Part shown: positions 43,651 through 60,490 of the stretch, one piece after another | Position numbering within the stretch: the stretch's first letter is position 1 | Layout of the letters: the number at the start of each line of letters is the position of its first letter | Assembly (NCBI RefSeq): GCF_009914755.1 | Contig: NC_060932.1 | Source of the DNA: the human T2T-CHM13v2.0 reference genome, Homo sapiens | DNA length: 64,000 nucleotides | Reading direction: 5' to 3' (one strand) | Position numbers and translations under genes: made by a program | The notes under the pieces: generated by a model | Databases searched by the model: none | The model's input: only the letters and a program-made list of their open reading frames with translations | What the model was told of the DNA's origin: nothing

Positions 43651-44878
43651 TGAGTCATGGAAGTTTCCATTTTTCCCCCTTCTGTAATATTTTTGAATAA
43701 GTTTTAGATAGCTATCTAGAGTTAGATAGACTTTAGATAGCTATCTAGGACCTCCTGTCTTTCTCTTCTTCTCTTTCTTCCTTCCTCTTTCCTCTGAACT
43801 TACTTCTTCCTTATTAATAATTTCATGATTGCCTTCATGCAGTCTCTGGGATCTCCAGTTCAGAACCAGATATTCATTAATGAGCTGTGGTCTTGCCTCA
43901 ATCTTGGTATTGAGTGATATTGCAAATTAATATATTAGTGATATTTTACATTAGTGATCTTATAAATTCATATATACAAACCAAGTCTGTGGAGGCTTTG
44001 TTCAGTGTCAAAGTTACAAGTGTGTCCCACTTGCCCAAGCCTACAGCTTCTAGGAAGCTGTAGGTTGAGAAGATTTCCACAGCATTTTTTTCAGCTTTTT
44101 TTTATTAATGAAGACGTGAACATGAATTTCAGTTTGTCATTTCACATGCAGCACTTCTAGTTCTGTTAAACCATAAGACCTGTGCTCTTATTCACTGGTA
44201 CCTGCTGTTTGGCTGGGGACATAGTAGACCTGAGGCTTTAGCTCTGCTAATTTCCTTTCATTTCTTTTTTACTTTTATTTATTCATTTATAAGTTAAAAT
44301 TCTGGGTGTAGAAACAACAGTCTTTCTATTGAAAGACATGTCTGCTTTTAGCAGAAGAAAGGTTAAAAGTTTAGATTTATATCATGGCATAAAACAACTT
44401 ACTTACAAATTACAAATAAGTAGAGAAAAATAGAGTTTGGGAAAAGTAATAGAGAGGGTTAAAAGTTTAAATTTAGGCAAAGTGGTAAAACTCACTATAA
44501 TTTTAATTGGATGAAATCGATGAAATGGGAAGACTGAAGCTCATTACTTCAAGCTGAGGGTATTTGGGGAAAGTGTTAGGTATACAGAAAAGAACAGTCA
44601 AGGAAAAGCTTGTTTCTTCTATTCTTCTACATTGTAGGGGAGGAGAAAGAAGACAGGTGAGGCCAGTAGATGATTAGAGGTATGTTCCAGTCTCTTCTTT
44701 CCAGGCTTTGACTCAGGACGAGGATGCATTTTTGTTAAATTGAAGGGCATCTTTTACTCTTATTATTATTTGAGATCCATGGAAGGGAATCACCCTTCGG
44801 GATGCCCTAGCATCCATCAGGGGCATAGATACTTCAGAATGAACTTGGCAGCGGATCATGATTAAGAAAGGCCAAGAA

Positions 44879-45263
<385 letters not shown>

Positions 45264-46639
45264 CTACATGTCCCAGACATGACACCTATCTATAGTGAGG
45301 GATGAGATGACTTTGCAGAAGAAGCTGCAGAATAGACAGCTTTTGCCATAGTGGAATAGAGGGTCATTCAGGGACTAAGTGTTTGGCAGTGCTGGTGGGA
45401 ACCGAAGTGAGATCAGGTTTATTGAGAAGTGCAAGTCTGTCTAAGTTGAGAAGAATCAGACTATCGATTGGATGAGCTGCAGGTTGTGTAGCAGCATAAG
45501 CCTCACAGAACACCTGAATACTTTCTTGGAGAACAGCCAAAAAAGGAGCAGAAATATCAGAAATAGAGAACTTGTCCAAAGGAGCTATTATTTATTGGAC
45601 TACAATTTACTGAGTAGCTTTAAAGAAGAATCTGGCAAGTGTGCTGTTGACAAAAATCAGATCAAAAATAGAGAAATAAATACGCTACCTTTCTTTGTGA
45701 GTAAATTTTTCAAAGCCACAGCGATAGCCAACATAGAAGGATTTGTAACAGCTAAGACTGGGAAATGCTTAAGGTTAAAGCTCTCAGGAGGATGTGCTGT
45801 TGCCTCCCAAGAGATTTAATGAAGACCCATCAGACATTCCTGCTTCAGCCTGTAAGTGTGACTATTGCTAGAAATGCTGTGATTACAATTCATGGTAAAT
45901 CTGGAAGTTCTGCTGCTTGTATCAGGGGCATCAGATGAAGAAAATTTCTGATTTTTGTTTTGTAATCCAGAATCTTAGTATTTACAGATGACAGTATCTC
46001 TTAATTGCCTAAGGAATCCTATTAGAAAATGTTAACCTTCTGGGATATGAGCCAATGTGTCTACTTTCAAAATCCACCATGGCAGTGCTGGGTGAGGGCT
46101 TGTAGTTTAGTAGCGCAAGCTACCCTTGAATTCTGCCTTTTTAGAGACACAGACACCATGGATCTGATCATGGGAATGCTTTAGGGTAATGCTCTGGTTG
46201 AGCCTCTGGATTTCCAGACCTATTGTAGATCTCTGCATTCTTGTTTTTTTTCCAAACACAATGTGGGCCAGAGGGAAAGATCTATGGTGGGACTGCATTC
46301 CTTTTGTAACATTTACCGTAATTATAACAATATTTGTGCAATTATTTGTTTGCTTATTGTCTCCCTAGTACACTTTATACTCTGTAGCAAAATGTATATT
46401 TGTTGAGCTTTATTCACCAGCTGTTAGCATAGCATTTGGCATATAGTAGCCATTTAGTAAATATTGTATAAGTAAATAAATAATGAATTGGTGTTAATAG
46501 TTACTTGCCCATCTATAAATAAATTGGAATTCTATGATTTCAATTAATTTTTATGGCAAATTATAGCTTCATCTAAGTTTATCTACTAAACTAAATGTAA
46601 TATTATTCTTTTAGTAGAATGTAGTGAATATATTATAGT

Positions 46640-46830
46640 CACTGGTGTGTTCATACGTGCTAACAACCAGCTCTCTTTTAGAAAAATCTCTGACTTTTGG
46701 CATTTTCCAATTTATTTAGTCTAAATACATCCACCACAGCTGATTTCAAGCTAACCCACATTACTTCATGGAATGTGGAGTTAGGGAGAAAGCACACAAT
46801 TTGTTTTCATGAGTTAGTGAACAACACCGA
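46640..46830 (-). mobile_element. MER63-type hAT element
   Basis: 'taacaaccagctctc...ctgatttcaagcta...gagttagggaga'. Confidence 0.6.
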
Positions 46831-46925
46831 AGCTCTTTCATATTCATGCCCTGGTAATGGATTGTTCTTCACATACAAGATTGTGCTAGTAATACACATT
46901 GAATAAGCATGTACTTTAAAAAGAC

Positions 46926-47310
46926 TGTGAATTAGTCAAGGTAATGCAATCAATTATAGAAGGTAAACTCAAAAAATCTTTAAAGCTCAACTTAGTAGAA
47001 GTTTAGTTTTCACCTATGTGAAGTCCACACTGGTAAGCTGATCAGCTGAGTGCTCTCCTCCTAGTGATTATTCAGGTTCCCAGGCACCTTTTTTTCCTGT
47101 GGCTTCCTTATCTCCAAGGTCTTGGCTGAACAGCATGAAGATAGCACATGAGAATTTTTAAAAGTTTATGAAAGTGGCACACCCATTCCACTTATAATCC
47201 ATTGGTAGAATATAATTGTATGGTCATAGCTGCCCAAGATAACATGGAAAATGTAGTTTTCTAAGAGGAAAGGAAATAAGTTGTTGAATAGCTAGCCAGA
47301 ATCTTTCACA
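46926..47310 (-). mobile_element. Old MLT1 (K/L-like) LTR
   Basis: 'ccattggtagaa...ggaaaatgtagt...gaggaaaggaaa...tctttcaca'. Confidence 0.5.
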
Positions 47311-48278
47311 ATTTTCTATTTATGTAATGGTTACTTGATCAATTTATACTCTTTTACCTTATTTCTTCTCTGACAAATGCACACATATTTATAAGCAGGT
47401 TGGCAATGGTTAGAGGTAGAGTCTAGTGAATTCCTTTTTCTGTGCAGTTAGCTGGATCATAGGAGCTTGGCCTATGGTCTCGTTAGTGTAAGTCTTTAAA
47501 CTATAATCCCTCCCTTTTTTGAATTACTCTATTTTTTTGTCCCTGTTTAGAAGAAAATCATAGTATTTTGCAGACCTTTAGATTGCTCTCAATTATTGTA
47601 TATACCTAATGTAAATTTTTTTTTTTTTTTGCTTTCTTTTAGTATTCACTGCAGCTGTTATGGTTATTATTTTTGTGGTTTAAAAAAGATATTTGTATTT
47701 TCCTTAGTTTTTTTCCCTTCCTTTCCTAACATTCCTAAGAATGTTTATGGAATAAAACATATGGAAGTAAGTGACAAATTTGGGTCATTAGAGATTATTC
47801 CATCTCTTAATATTTCTATATTATTTTTAAAATTTTGACATATTTAGGACTGAAGGTAATAATAATTTATAATTTTGAACCCTGTATGTTTTGTATTCTC
47901 AGGTTCTAGATGTTTTTGGTAATTATGAGAATCAGTTAATAGTCTCTAACCAGGGAGATTTATAGGCATATATATTTCTAACATATTTTAGATGGCATTC
48001 CTTATGTGGTTAACTTAATTGGTTAAAGCGTTCTATTAGCAAAAGGCCTGTGACTTTATTGCCAAATTAGATAAATTTTGTTCCATGGACACAGAATTTA
48101 TCTCTAATAGCTATTAATCATTTCATAGTCAATTAATGAAAAATCATTTCACAACATATATGTATTTGTGAGAGGTATTGGTGTGTGTGAGAGGTAATTC
48201 AATACCGTCGCCAATTTATAAGCTAAGCTGCTTTCTGTGTAAAGGGCTACAAGTGAAAGTATCAGTTTTTCTGTACTA

Positions 48279-48620
48279 CAATTGTGTTGCTAATGATGGA
48301 GATACAGCCCAAGAAGTGCATCATTAGGCAATTTTGTCATGCTAACATCATGGAGTGTACTTAAACAAATCTAGATGGTATAGCCTTCTACACACCTAGG
48401 CTAGATGATATAGTCTGTTGCTCCTAGGCTACAAACCTGTACAACATGTTACTGTATTAAATATTGTAGGCAGTAGTAACATAATTAAAAGTGTTTATGT
48501 ATCTGAACATATTTAAATATAGAAAAGGCATGGTAAAAATACGGTATTATAATATTAGGGAACCACCCTTCTATATATGGTCTTTTGTTGACTGAACTAT
48601 TGTTATGCAGCACATGGCAG
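48279..48620 (+). mobile_element. Tigger3a (MER7A)
   Basis: 'gcatcattaggcaattttgtc...ctacacacctaggcta...ctcctaggctacaaacctgtac'. Confidence 0.8.
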
Positions 48621-48751
48621 TACTTGATGTGGGTAGATCCGGAATTCCTGAGCTTAAAGGATTAATAAACTATTAATCCAAGAGTAGGAGGAGATGGTAG
48701 AAGAAGAAAAGAAAGGTAACCAGGGTGTCAATATATGAATAGGAAAATACT

Positions 48752-49170
48752 AGGAGGCATGGTGGCTCACATCTGTAATCCTAGCACTTTGGAAGGCTGA
48801 AGTGGGCAGATTGCTTGAACTCAGGCATTCAAGACCAGCCTGGGCAACATAGTGAAACCCCATCTCTACAAAAATACAAAAATTAGCTGGCGTGGTGGCA
48901 CATGCCCATACTCCCAGCTACTTGAGGGACTGAGGCAGGAGATTCATTTTAACTTGGGAGGTTGAGGCTACAGTGAACTGATATTGTGCCGCTGAACTCC
49001 AGCCTAGGTGACAAGGTAAGACCCTGTTTCAAGGAAAAAAAAAAAGAAGAAGGAAGAAAGGAAGGGAGGGAGGAAGGAAATAAGGAAGGGAGAAAGCGAG
49101 GAATATAGGATAAGGGAAGGAGGGATACGGAATAAGGGAGGGAAGAAGGGAGGAAAGGAAGGATATAGGA
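48752..49170 (+). mobile_element. AluJ followed by a GA-rich low-complexity tail
   Basis: Alu body to ~49046, then (GGAA)-like sequence. Confidence 0.88.
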
Positions 49171-49543
49171 GCTAGTGATTTAGGAAGGAACAAATGATCT
49201 AGTCAGAAAAGGAACAAGCAGTGTGCATAGCCCAGGCAATGTGAGAAGGATATTAACACATGGAGAGTCTTTAATGGGAATCAGACATCATCCTTCATAC
49301 CTTATGCTCATCTGTCTTATATTAATATTCACTAGATATTAACAGATGAGGAAAATTAAGCTGATAGTGTTTCCAATTCTTTTTCTCATTTTGGGCTCCA
49401 CAGAAACAATACTACTTGTACAGTCAGCAGTTCACACTAAGGTAAACTGACAAGGCTGTGTATGAACTCCTTTGGTCTTAGCCAGTCTGAGGAGCATACT
49501 TGTAACCCATTTAACATATTGAACTACGAATCTCTGCCATAGA

Positions 49544-49720
49544 CCGGTGGTTCTCAAATGTTAGCAAACATCAGAATTACCTGGAGGGTTTGGGGAAAAA
49601 ATATTGCTGGGCACTGCCCCAGAGTTTCCTATTCAGTAAGTCTGGGGTGGGACCTGGGAATCGGCACTTCTGGTGATACTGATGCTATTCTCCCAGGGAT
49701 ATTCTTTGAGAAGCTCTGCT
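49544..49720. mobile_element. MER5A
   Basis: 'ggtggttctcaaa...atcagaattacctggaggg...ctttgagaa'. Confidence 0.75.
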
Positions 49721-50944
49721 CTGAAATACATTAAGTAACCTGCTTACCTTGTGAAAAATTTTATTTTTCAACTGTTACAAAGCAGCAAATGCTGTTTCTG
49801 CAGATGATAGTGATTGGATAATTGTCTGTCTCACAAGCTCTCGTTTGTTGTTAATTACCAGGCACAAAGGGATGCTCTTCTTCAGTACTCTGAGTGTGAC
49901 CTAATTCAGATAAATTCATATCTTATAATCATCTAGAATAGATTATCACTGAAGCATAAATAACAACTTGTTTAAAACAGAAAAGTTGACATTCAAACTT
50001 CATTTATTTTTACATTATTTTGTGGTTCTGTTTTGCGTGACTTTTTAAAAGAGATCTGTAGTACCTGCGTTTGTCACAAGATGGCATCAAAAGGCTGAGA
50101 TGCTGGCTCAAATTTCATTTTTTGAGACTGTTGATGGGTTAGATATATTTCATGTCTATTAAAACTAATTATAGCAAAAGAAATTTGAACTGAGGCATGT
50201 TCTTTTTAATTTCAGTGAGATAATGGTGTTTTCACATCAAAATACTTATAAAAATAAAATACATACATATATTGATATTATTTATGACTAATTCTTTAGG
50301 AAATTAATGAACATACATCTTGGCTTAATAATATCAAATATATTATTACCATATTTCCCCCAGAAGAATTTTAAACAACCTAAACTTAGCAAACATTTAT
50401 TATATCTTACTATTCTATAATTTATAAGGTTTTATTATGCTAGTAGAAGATGTAGTTCCTGCCTTCAATAAACTTCAAATTTAATTGGGGAGAAAAGAAA
50501 TGTATATACAATTCAATGAAAGAACAAAATAATAAAAATGAGCAAGTACAATGTTGTGTGATAAGATCTGTACAAACTATGAAATGGAATAATGGACAAT
50601 AAGGTAAAAAATCTACATGGTATTTTACAAAAACATTTTTGTGTCAGTTGAAAATGCCATGTTGAAACTTTTACTGTGATTATACTGTTGTAATTTATTT
50701 TATGTGAGAAAATGTTTAGCAACCTGGAGAGCTGTGTAAGAGTAAGTATTTGACATAAACAAAACATTAGCACTCACACACTTGAATTATGAACGGTTAT
50801 TTTATGATAATATGGCTTTTTAAATGATTAATTGAAAAGGATTTTTCAGAAAAGGGTGAAGGGCTTTCTGGCCACAGAGATATTAATTACAATATGTTTA
50901 GATTTCTGGAGTCTGAAAAATATATCTGTAGAAAAATTGAGTAT

Positions 50945-51135
50945 AGAATAGTTGTGCCGGGGTTGGAGGAGAGGAAAAGGGCTGTTGCTGTTTAGTGGGT
51001 GTAGAGTTTCAATCTTGCAGGAAAAATTTTAAAGATCTGTTTCACAATGTGAATATACTTACTGCTACTGAGGTGTACAATTAAAAATGGTTAAAATGGC
51101 AAATTTTATGTTGTGTCTTTTGCCACAGTAAAAAC
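50945..51135 (+). mobile_element. L1MB 3' end fragment
   Basis: 'gggtgtagagtttca...aatgtgaatatactt...ttaaaaatggttaaaatggcaaattttatgt'. Confidence 0.7.
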
Positions 51136-51821
51136 ATCAGATGCATTAGTATAAATTATTAGCAATTAATTGGTTTTTTATAGAGGATCAACAAAGCTTG
51201 TAGCTTTATTTTAGCCATTAGGTGCTACTTGAAAAAAATAAAAGCCCCCTTAAGAATATAATTGCGGTTAGAATGTTAACCTAATACTAACAGCTAATTT
51301 TCCGTATAACAAGTAATATTCTAGATATTTTAAATAAATTATTTCTAATATTCAGCCTCAAATTACAGGGAAATTATCATCTTTATTTCCCTATTTTATC
51401 ATTAAGGAAACTAAGTTTTATAGATATGAAGTTTCAGTTCCTTGTTGAAAGTTGCAAAGTTTCTAATTTTGGAGTTGGTATTTAAACCCAACTGTCTAGT
51501 TTCAAAATCTATTTTCTGTGTATTACACAATGCCTCTAATTTAAATAAAACTAATTAAATAATACAAATGAACAATCAGCAATTTAGGACTCTAGTTTGC
51601 TATCTCTGTGGTCAATAAATATTGACTATTTCATTAGAATTATTCAGAAAAATTAAAAGAAAGTATATATTATTTAATTTACAGTAGCAGTGAATTAGGA
51701 TTATGTTTTAACTTCAGAAGGATAACCACGTAATTTTTTGTTTGCTTGAATTTTTGTCTCTTTTTATTTGTTTTTAACTTTTGGGAACACTAATTTTTTC
51801 CCCCTATGTCTTCATGTGCAG

Positions 51822-52132
51822 GTTATGTGGGTATGTAATTTGTGCCGAAAACAACAAGAAATCCTCACTAAATCAGGAGCATGGTTTTATAATAGTGGAT
51901 CTAATACACCACAGCAACCTGATCAAAAGGTTCTTCGAGGGCTAAGAAATGAGGAGGCACCTCAGGAGAAGAAACCAAAACTACATGAGCAGACCCAGTT
52001 CCAAGGACCCTCAGGTGACTTATCTGTACCTGCAGTGGAGAAAAGTCGATCTCATGGGCTCACAAGACAGCATTCTATTAAAAATGGGTCAGGCGTGAAG
52101 CATCACATTGCCAGTGACATAGCTTCAGACAG
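51822..52132 (+). CDS. RIMS2: RIMS2 internal exon (311 nt): end of zinc finger (CNLC), SGAWFY Rab3-binding motif, linker
   Basis: Translation VMWVCNLCRKQQEILTKSGAWFYNSGSNTPQQPDQK...HIASDIASD(R); branch-like CACTAAT at 51788-51794, pyrimidine tract, gcAG| acceptor, AG|GTaaac donor; phase 0-2. Confidence 0.97.
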
Positions 52133-52756
52133 GTAAACATTTTGTTTAATCTTTAGGCAAATGTATTACTTTTAGTCTTCATTCCAAACAGAGATAACAA
52201 TACATGAAATGTTTAGGCAATGGTGAGTTGTCTAAGTAATGTAAACATTCATATGTTTTACATAAATACTATATGTGATGTTCAGGACTTGACCTATCAT
52301 AGGTTTGAACTATCTTAGATTTGATGTGGGAGTGTTAGGTTATCAGATAGATTTCCCAGCATAAAGAAGTGAAATAAAACAGGGAACTTAGAAGTTTTTG
52401 TCAAAGGAAAGACAGACTAGCATTGGACTAATGGGAATGAAGAAGAGATGGCTATAGACTCTTTATAGAGGTTGGATTGATGGGACTAGTTGGAAGTGGG
52501 AGTTAAGGTAATAGGGAAGGTTAACAATATCTCCAAAGGTTCTATCTTGGGCTGAAGGATGATGTGGGTTTTCAAGCAAGTATATGCAGATCCGACATCA
52601 GGTTTATAGTGAAGGATTTCATGAGTTTGATATATCCATGTGCTAACTCTGTTGTAACTATTTTGGCTCCGTACTATGGGCTTCTTCGTGTTCAAAGTGT
52701 GATACTTAAAATAGTACATAGGGCTCTTATATTTACTACCTTTGGAAGGAGAATAA

Positions 52757-53079
<323 letters not shown>

Positions 53080-53834
53080 TATTTTTCTATACCTTATTTT
53101 TCTGTTTGAATAAAGATAAATTTAAATCTGGTTTATACTATTTCTGTTGCCCAGAAGTAGCAGATACATTTCTGTGTTGAATAAGTACAAAGTCATGCAT
53201 TCCTGCAGAAACAAATCTAAATTGTACATATAGTATGGTAGGTTCTTGGGTATCAGTTCTAACAAGTAAGACCACTGGGAGTCATTTTAGATGGTGCCTA
53301 AAGTCACCACTCCAATACATTGCTGGATCTTGAGAGAAAAAGAAAACAATGACTGCACCAGTTCTTTTGCAAAGTAGTAAAAGGGAACAGTACATGTAAT
53401 CCTATCTTTGGGGAAAACAATCATCTTAATCTTGTGGGGACTTCCTCTGGGAGACTGGGTAGAAAGACCTCAGAGTTATCCTATATAGAGGACAAGGAAG
53501 TTGGAGTATTTAATTTATCAACTCTCCTTTATTGTTGGTCCAGGGCTGATCCTGGGAATTGTTAACTCTCTGAAACTCACTGGCTAGAGAAAGCACTCAG
53601 GCAGAGTGTAACAAACACTTACAGTCAGCAGATTTTGCTATGTAGGGAATGGTGAATGATGAGGCAATGTGGTTGGGTTGCTGGTAGTATCTGCTACACA
53701 GTGACTTCAGAGATCAAGAAAGTTCCCCAAATGGCAGTTATAATGGTCAAGGTATATGAAAAAAATAGATAACCAGTGGAGATAGAATTTTTAAAAAATG
53801 AGTGAATGAATGACTAAGTAAAATGAATAATGGG

Positions 53835-54668
53835 CTCTTTTTCGTGGTGCCTTGGAGGCATTCACCTGCTTCAAGATGAAGCTGGACATCTCTTTCCCAG
53901 CCACTGGCTGCCAGAAACTCATTGAAGTGGATGATAAACGCAAACTCTGCACTTTTTATGAGAAGCATATGGCCACAGAAGTTGCTGCTGATGCTCTGGT
54001 TGAAGAATGGAAGGGTTATGTGGTCCTAATCAGTGGTGGGAATGACAAACAATGGTTCCCCATGAAGAGGGGTGTCTTGATTCATGGCCGTGTCCGCCTG
54101 CTAATGAGTAAGGGGCATTCCTGTTACAGACCAAGGAGAACTGGAGAAAGAAAGAGAAAATCAGTTCGTGGTTGCATTGTGGATGCCAATCGGAGTGCTC
54201 TAACTTGGTTATTGTAAAAAAAGGAGATAAAAATATTCCAGGATTGACTGATACTACGATGCCTCATCACCTGGGGCCCAAAAGAGCTAGCAGAATCCAC
54301 AAACTTTTCAATCTCTCTAAAGAAGATGATGTCCACCAGTATGTTGTAAGAAAGCCTTTAAACAAAGAAGGTAAGAAACCTAGGACCAAAGCACCCAAAA
54401 TTCAGCGTCTTATTACTCCATGTGTCCTGCAGCACAAATGGTGCCATATTGCTCTGGAGAAGCAGCATACTAAGAAAAATTAGGAAGAGGCTGCAGAATA
54501 TGCTTAACTTTTGGCCAAGAGAATGAAGGAGGCTAAACAGAAGCGTCAGGAACAAATTGCTAAGAAATGCAGGCTTTCCTGTCTGCAAGCTTCTACTTCT
54601 AAGTCTGAATCCAGTCAGAAATAAGATTTTTTGAATAACAAATCGATAAGATCAGACTAAAAAAAAAA
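53835..54668 (+). pseudogene. Full-length processed pseudogene of 40S ribosomal protein S6 (RPS6)
   Basis: 5'TOP ctcttttt at 53835; ATG at 53876 ([20 protein letters not shown]...); intronless; 1-nt frameshift near 54200; stops TAG 54481 and TAA 54505; native end ...SESSQK* at 54624; A10 tail 54659-54668; degenerate TSD aaatgaataatggg / aaaaggataatagg. Confidence 0.97.
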
Positions 54669-54903
54669 GGATAATAGGAATATAGACTCCATTTGTTTAA
54701 AAATTAACCACATGAGATAGCTTTTTGTGGAGCTTAGAGAGGCAGGGTTAGTAAGAATAAAATGAAATACTAAAGCACTAGGTCACATAATAGAATATTA
54801 AGTTTTGGAATGCATTTCATCAGGAAGTTACGTGTGTTAAAAATAAATTCAATAAATTTATGAGTAATTAATTCATCATAGACAAGGTAAAGCCTATCTG
54901 TAA

Positions 54904-55220
<317 letters not shown>

Positions 55221-55706
55221 GCCTATCTGTAATCTTTGAAGAAGGTGGTAATGAGAACAAATAAAAATCTTATATTCTTTAATGCCTCTTTCACTCACAA
55301 GTACTGGCCTGAATAAACAATTGAAATTGACCTATTGTGGGGAGCCAACAGGTTGTAGTTCCTTTTATTCTTTTCTCTTTTGCCTGGTGCTTTGGCTACT
55401 ATTACTAATAAATTCGTGCTTAATGACTAAAAGCATACTGTATATCTTCTTTCCAAACCTTACAAATGCCCAACCAATAGCTCCTTTTGTTCACAAAAAT
55501 TACTTTTAGTCAGGAAAGAAGTTAGAGTTTAATATCAGATTTGGTAGTTATGCCAAGAAAATGGAACTCATTGTAATTTACATACACTTTTTTTTGGGAA
55601 ACACTTTAAAGAGTATTTCTTTTATTTTAAAATGCAGATTATACAGTAGTTAATTAGACATTTATCTATAGCCAGTATTGAGTCCTTTGAATTTCTTCCC
55701 TTACAG

Positions 55707-56232
<526 letters not shown>

Positions 56233-57769
56233 CCCTAGAGAGCAGTTCTCTTAGTGTTGTTGAAATTTCTCCCTTTGCCCATTTTCTTTTGTCACCATTT
56301 AAATTTTTTTAATTAAACCTATTTTTTTTTTGTTCCTTCGTCTCCCACCCTGCCTGCCAGCTTCTATCCTTCTCTTTCTGTCTCTCTTTCTTCTTTCTTA
56401 TCAGAATGGGTTTTATTGCAGTATTTGAATTGGACAGGGAAATGGAGGTAATGCTAGAAATATAATTTCAGTTTGAAGCATTAGTAATTTGTTTTTTCAA
56501 TACCATTCAGAAACCAGTGGCTTCAGAAAGAGAAGCTTCAGTTCAACTTAATTTAAATCTCTATGGACTTATAACTATATTTGAAACAGAAAAGTATGTT
56601 ACTCTTTTAAGGAGCTTTAATCTATAACATGATGTAGTAGTTTTGACCTTTTTAAATGACTTGTTATTTCTCTCACAGGTTTTGGTACAGTGTTTTACAG
56701 ATAGGCCATTAGTATTTATTGAATGAATGAATATCAAGTTGGCTCTAAACCTTAGCGTTGAGTAGGTGAATACTTACTTAACATATAGTCATAAATTGCA
56801 ATTCTTTATCAACTTAGATGCAAAATACTTTTGAGTTTCAAGTATGTTTTTATTTCAAAATAACTTGTGAAATACATTGTAAAACTGGATTTTTTTCTGG
56901 TTAAGAAAATAAAATTAGTGAAAACTAAAGTAAAACTGTTTAAAAACATTTAATTGATATTTCTTACATTTGAAATTATTTAAGTTGGATGCTTCATAAT
57001 TTTCATAGTTGCAAATTAGTGAAATGTAGGAAAGTTTATTTGCAAAATTTTACTATTTAATTTGTAGCAGTTTCTACAACATTTAGAGAAGTTAAAAAGT
57101 AAGAAATATGGATAGTTTGTATGGTAGATGAGAAAGAACTAGAAGTCAGAAGACCTAGGCCCTGTTCTCACCTTTTCCCCATAGTGTCATCATTTCTAGA
57201 TGTTTATTTTTTTCTCTGTATGTCCTGTTTTCTCATCTCTGGAATGGGAAAAGACAGTCTAAATCCTGAGAAGACTTCCAGTTCTAAAATTCTTTATTGT
57301 GTTGTATTTTAAGCTCCTCGGCCATGAGATAAACTTGAAGGCATTCTCTTTCACTATTTTTTTCCTCCCATAACTGGTAGTTGTATGACAAATTAATGCA
57401 GGATTATCTCCATTCATATTATAATTCATTGTTATAATTCATTCATTCAACAGATATTTATTGAATTTCAGTGTAGTATTTGTTTCTACATTTTTCTGCT
57501 TAAATGATGACGCTTAATGAAAATACCAAGGGTAATAAAAATATAAAACAATTATCTTGGATCTAAACTGTAAAGTTTTAAGGTAGGTTCAATATGATGA
57601 ATATTTAGCAGTTTGGTAATCACCATTTCCTTATTATCTAGTACTTATGACTTTCCAAATATCTCTGTGACATTGATTATTTAAAAATAAAAATAATATT
57701 CAAAATATGTGCTTAATACTTCTGCTTCTAGTACAAATGGAATAATAGTGCCTGGATTTACTATTATGC

Positions 57770-60490
<2,721 letters not shown>

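Noticed and set aside
45364-46298. ORF 45472-45819 and neighbours in apparently unique DNA
   Set aside because: No recognisable protein motif or exon boundaries; possibly a decayed repeat that I cannot name.
51768-51821. N-terminal extension MFLTFGNTNFFPLCLHVQ of ORF 51768-52136
   Set aside because: It is the intronic branch point and polypyrimidine tract and starts at TTG; the exon begins after the AG at 51820-51821.
51822-51836. Donor-like TGG|GTATGT 9 nt inside the RIMS2 exon
   Set aside because: Explained by the W-V-C codons. Its use would change the exon end phase from 2 to 0, and there is no evidence for use in the sequence.
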